Notes under the pieces: model-generated
Database searches by the model: none
Told to the model about the DNA's origin: nothing
What the model saw: only the letters and a program-made list of their open reading frames with translations
Shown here: positions 17,413 through 19,477 of the stretch, piece by piece
Position numbering within the stretch: the stretch's first letter is position 1
Layout: each line of letters opens with the position of its first letter
Made by a program: the position numbers and the translations under genes
Assembly (NCBI GenBank): GCA_027053075.1
Contig: JALUEE010000012.1
Span: 1-19,477 of the forward strand
DNA from: a candidate division WOR-3 bacterium
Lineage (GTDB): Bacteria > Hydrothermota > Hydrothermia > B15-G9 > WFZT01
DNA length: 19,477 bases
Reading direction: 5' to 3'

Positions 17413-18225
17413 TTATTGGTTTAAGAATATGGGTCTAATTGCGAATGCTATTAGGAGAAAGAACATTAGTGCACCATAATCTTTAAGAAGTCTAAGAAAT
17501 TTCTCTGGCATTGCAAGTATTGTCACTTTTACTTTTATTGTATTATTATTGTTTCGTTTGTTTTGTAAATCTTGCTTATTACTTATATCCTGCAAACCCT
17601 TCCTATTAATGGAATTAATTGAAGTAAATCTGTCATTTTGTTGCATGTCCTTAATCTTTTTTTTAACAGTCGACTCTCTAGATGGTTGAATGATTTTTAC
17701 ATCTGTTGTCGAGATTTTAAAGCCTTCTAAGGAACCCATTGTCAATTCTAACGATTTTCTATTTTCATCAACAGATAGTATAACATCTCTCTGAGAATTG
17801 ATAAACAGTTTCCACCAGTCAATAGGTTTAATAATCAATTTCATCATGGAATCATTTAAAGTTATGTAATCATGATCTCCGACTATATTGTTATGACTTT
17901 GACCAGAAAATTTAATAGAGTGTTTTCTATCTCTGTCAATTATCCTTATTATACCATTGAATGAGACCATGTTAGTAATATATGCATCATAACCATTATA
18001 AACCTGCTTATAATCCAGGTAAGTTGTAAATATGGGATACAGAATAAAAGTTATAAATACTCCTAATGAATATATTATGATATAAACTGATTTACTACTT
18101 TTATTTGTAATCTTTATCCTTATCCATCTCTCAAAGGGTCTCCACAGAGTATAAAGATCAAGAGAATTCATTAGCTTTCCCACCTCCTTTAGCGTATCCA
18201 TCATTCTATTAATTAATTTAATCAT
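17413..18225 (-). CDS. Hypothetical membrane protein: N-terminal TM, soluble loop domain, C-terminal TM
   Basis: 270-aa ORF in AT-rich DNA; hydrophobic VYIIIYSLGVFITFILYPIF and YGALMFFLLIAFAIRPIF; overlaps the upstream gene. The start may be one of the nearby downstream Met codons. Confidence 0.7.
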   Translation of the reverse strand: MIKLINRMMDTLKEVGKLMNSLDLYTLWRPFERWIRIKITNKSSKSVYIIIYSLGVFITFILYPIFTTYLDYKQVYNGYDAYITNMVSFNGIIRIIDRDRKHSIKFSGQSHNNIVGDHDYITLNDSMMKLIIKPIDWWKLFINSQRDVILSVDENRKSLELTMGSLEGFKISTTDVKIIQPSRESTVKKKIKDMQQNDRFTSINSINRKGLQDISNKQDLQNKRNNNNTIKVKVTILAMPEKFLRLLKDYGALMFFLLIAFAIRPIFLNQ

Positions 18226-18790
18226 TTTCTTTTTCTATTGGGATTATAAAGAGAAAGAATATTGAAATTATTATTATTCCTAATGTTAATATTATAACAT
18301 TGATATTATCACCAATCGTGTTTACCTTTTTCTTTAATAACCATTCAAAAAAATACAGAATTATAACAGTGATAAATGATAATAGCAAAACTCCCATGGT
18401 ACTTGCTACGTTCTTTTCCGTAGGATTTATCAATGTAATTACACTTCTTAATAAAATAAGAAGGTTAAGAACACCTAAATAAATAGCTTGGAGTGGATTA
18501 AAAATGGTTTCTAAAATATTTGAAATAGATAGTAATGTAACAAAAATGTGTTTAATAAAATTTGGTATATCTAATGAAGGATTTGAAGAATAAGTAGAAA
18601 ATTGATGAGAAAGAAACATAATTGAGATGAATGTAATGATACTTAAAAAACCAATTACTAAAGATTTTACAATTATTTTACTCATATTGTCCTCAAAAAG
18701 GTCCTCATTAACATTAGGGAATAATATTGTAAGGATTGCTTTATCGTTAAATTCTTTTATAATTGTTTTGTATTTGAATAAGTCTCCCAT
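18218..18790 (-). CDS. Hypothetical multi-pass membrane protein (about 4 TM)
   Basis: About 190-aa ORF with four long hydrophobic stretches. ATG at 18790 is preceded by AAAGGT and lies 13 nt after the upstream stop. Confidence 0.7.
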   Translation of the reverse strand: MGDLFKYKTIIKEFNDKAILTILFPNVNEDLFEDNMSKIIVKSLVIGFLSIITFISIMFLSHQFSTYSSNPSLDIPNFIKHIFVTLLSISNILETIFNPLQAIYLGVLNLLILLRSVITLINPTEKNVASTMGVLLLSFITVIILYFFEWLLKKKVNTIGDNINVIILTLGIIIISIFFLFIIPIEKEND

Positions 18791-18803
18791 CGTTATGTAC
18801 CTT

Positions 18804-19477
18804 TTAAATTTTAATGACAACACTTTTTGCTTCTAACTTAGACAAATATTTTTCCCCTTTCTGAGAGACATTTTGGACAACTCCCTCTTTTTTATTGATT
18901 TTCTTAAAGAAATTCCATAATTTGTTATTTTTTAATTCGTTTTTGTGTGTGAGCACAATTTTATTTACAATTTGAGCAAATAAGTATTTAAAATGCATCC
19001 TATTTCGGGATTTTCTAAATTTACTAAAAAACTTATCTCTTTCCTCTTGGTTTCCTTGAATTTTCCGGATTTCATCATCAGAAAGATTTACAGATATGAT
19101 GAAGTACAACAAGTACTTTAAATAATAAATTGGGACTATCTCGTTTAACACAGCATTAATTAAATCTTTATAGTACTTTAAAAATTGTTCCATTTTAATT
19201 TCTTTTTTTGAATAATTAATAAGGTTCTTGTCGTTAGCTTGATAAAATATTTTAGTTGATATCTCATCTTGACTTTTCTCCAATGTTTTCTTCAATCGAG
19301 TTTTAATATATTGTGGTATATCCTTTAATGAAAGCTCAAATATAAACAGCACAAAGTTATCACCAATATCCAACTCGTAATTGTCTTCGAAATTAAATCT
19401 CTTTTTTATTTCCTTTTGGTTATATATAGGGGTGGAGGGGACTAAGAAGGGGACAGGGGTAAAAATGAATATTATTA
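18804..19477 (-). CDS. Hypothetical Lys-rich protein, 5'-truncated by the window end
   Basis: The frame remains open upstream of the ORF-track TTG at 19373 to the window edge (IIFIFTPVPFLVPSTPIYNQKEIKKRFNFEDNYELDIGDN...), so the true start lies outside the window. Confidence 0.7.
   Translation of the reverse strand, partial: IIFIFTPVPFLVPSTPIYNQKEIKKRFNFEDNYELDIGDNFVLFIFELSLKDIPQYIKTRLKKTLEKSQDEISTKIFYQANDKNLINYSKKEIKMEQFLKYYKDLINAVLNEIVPIYYLKYLLYFIISVNLSDDEIRKIQGNQEERDKFFSKFRKSRNRMHFKYLFAQIVNKIVLTHKNELKNNKLWNFFKKINKKEGVVQNVSQKGEKYLSKLEAKSVVIKI

Larger units (their letters stand above)
17290..19477. mobile_element. AT-rich putative horizontally acquired island, right end outside the window
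   Basis: Sharp composition change: hand counts give 10/60 and 15/60 G+C in two sampled lines, versus 32/60 in an atpA line. Orientation is opposite to the flank and no gene families are recognisable. No integrase or att site is seen. Confidence 0.55.

Noticed and set aside
1..19477. CRISPR array, tRNA, rRNA, integrase or transposase
   Set aside because: No regularly spaced repeats, cloverleaf, rRNA-like stretch or recombinase motifs were seen by eye.

Overview
Mostly housekeeping DNA from a diderm, probably thermophilic or anaerobic bacterium (an inference from the LPS heptosyltransferase, the A/V-type ATPase and the Lys/Glu-rich proteins). Gene order is strongly shuffled. In order: the 3' end of a probable antitoxin plus a VapC/PIN toxin; yceD (DUF177); a fused formiminotransferase-cyclodeaminase; a minus-strand pair (secreted transglutaminase-like protein and waaF-like GT9); PHP phosphoesterase, mtnA and mtaB; a stand-alone A/V-ATPase subunit A with its own promoter; leuS, an FAH-family hydrolase, a rhomboid protease and sucC; and a nucleotide-sugar dehydrogenase. 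From about 17.3 kb an abruptly AT-rich block carries three tightly coupled unknown genes, two of them membrane proteins, and runs off the window edge. The most notable signals are: (i) GC-rich intergenic hairpins that almost all close C(GNA)G or C(AAA)G triloops, suggesting REP-like ssDNA-folding elements; (ii) three genes lacking their usual operon partners (atpA, sucC, yceD); (iii) a probable extra Zn-ribbon just before an MMSKS motif in LeuS; (iv) mutually exclusive SD-pairing structures upstream of the dehydrogenase; and (v) the foreign AT-rich cassette. All calls come from motif recognition by eye; no database searches were run.
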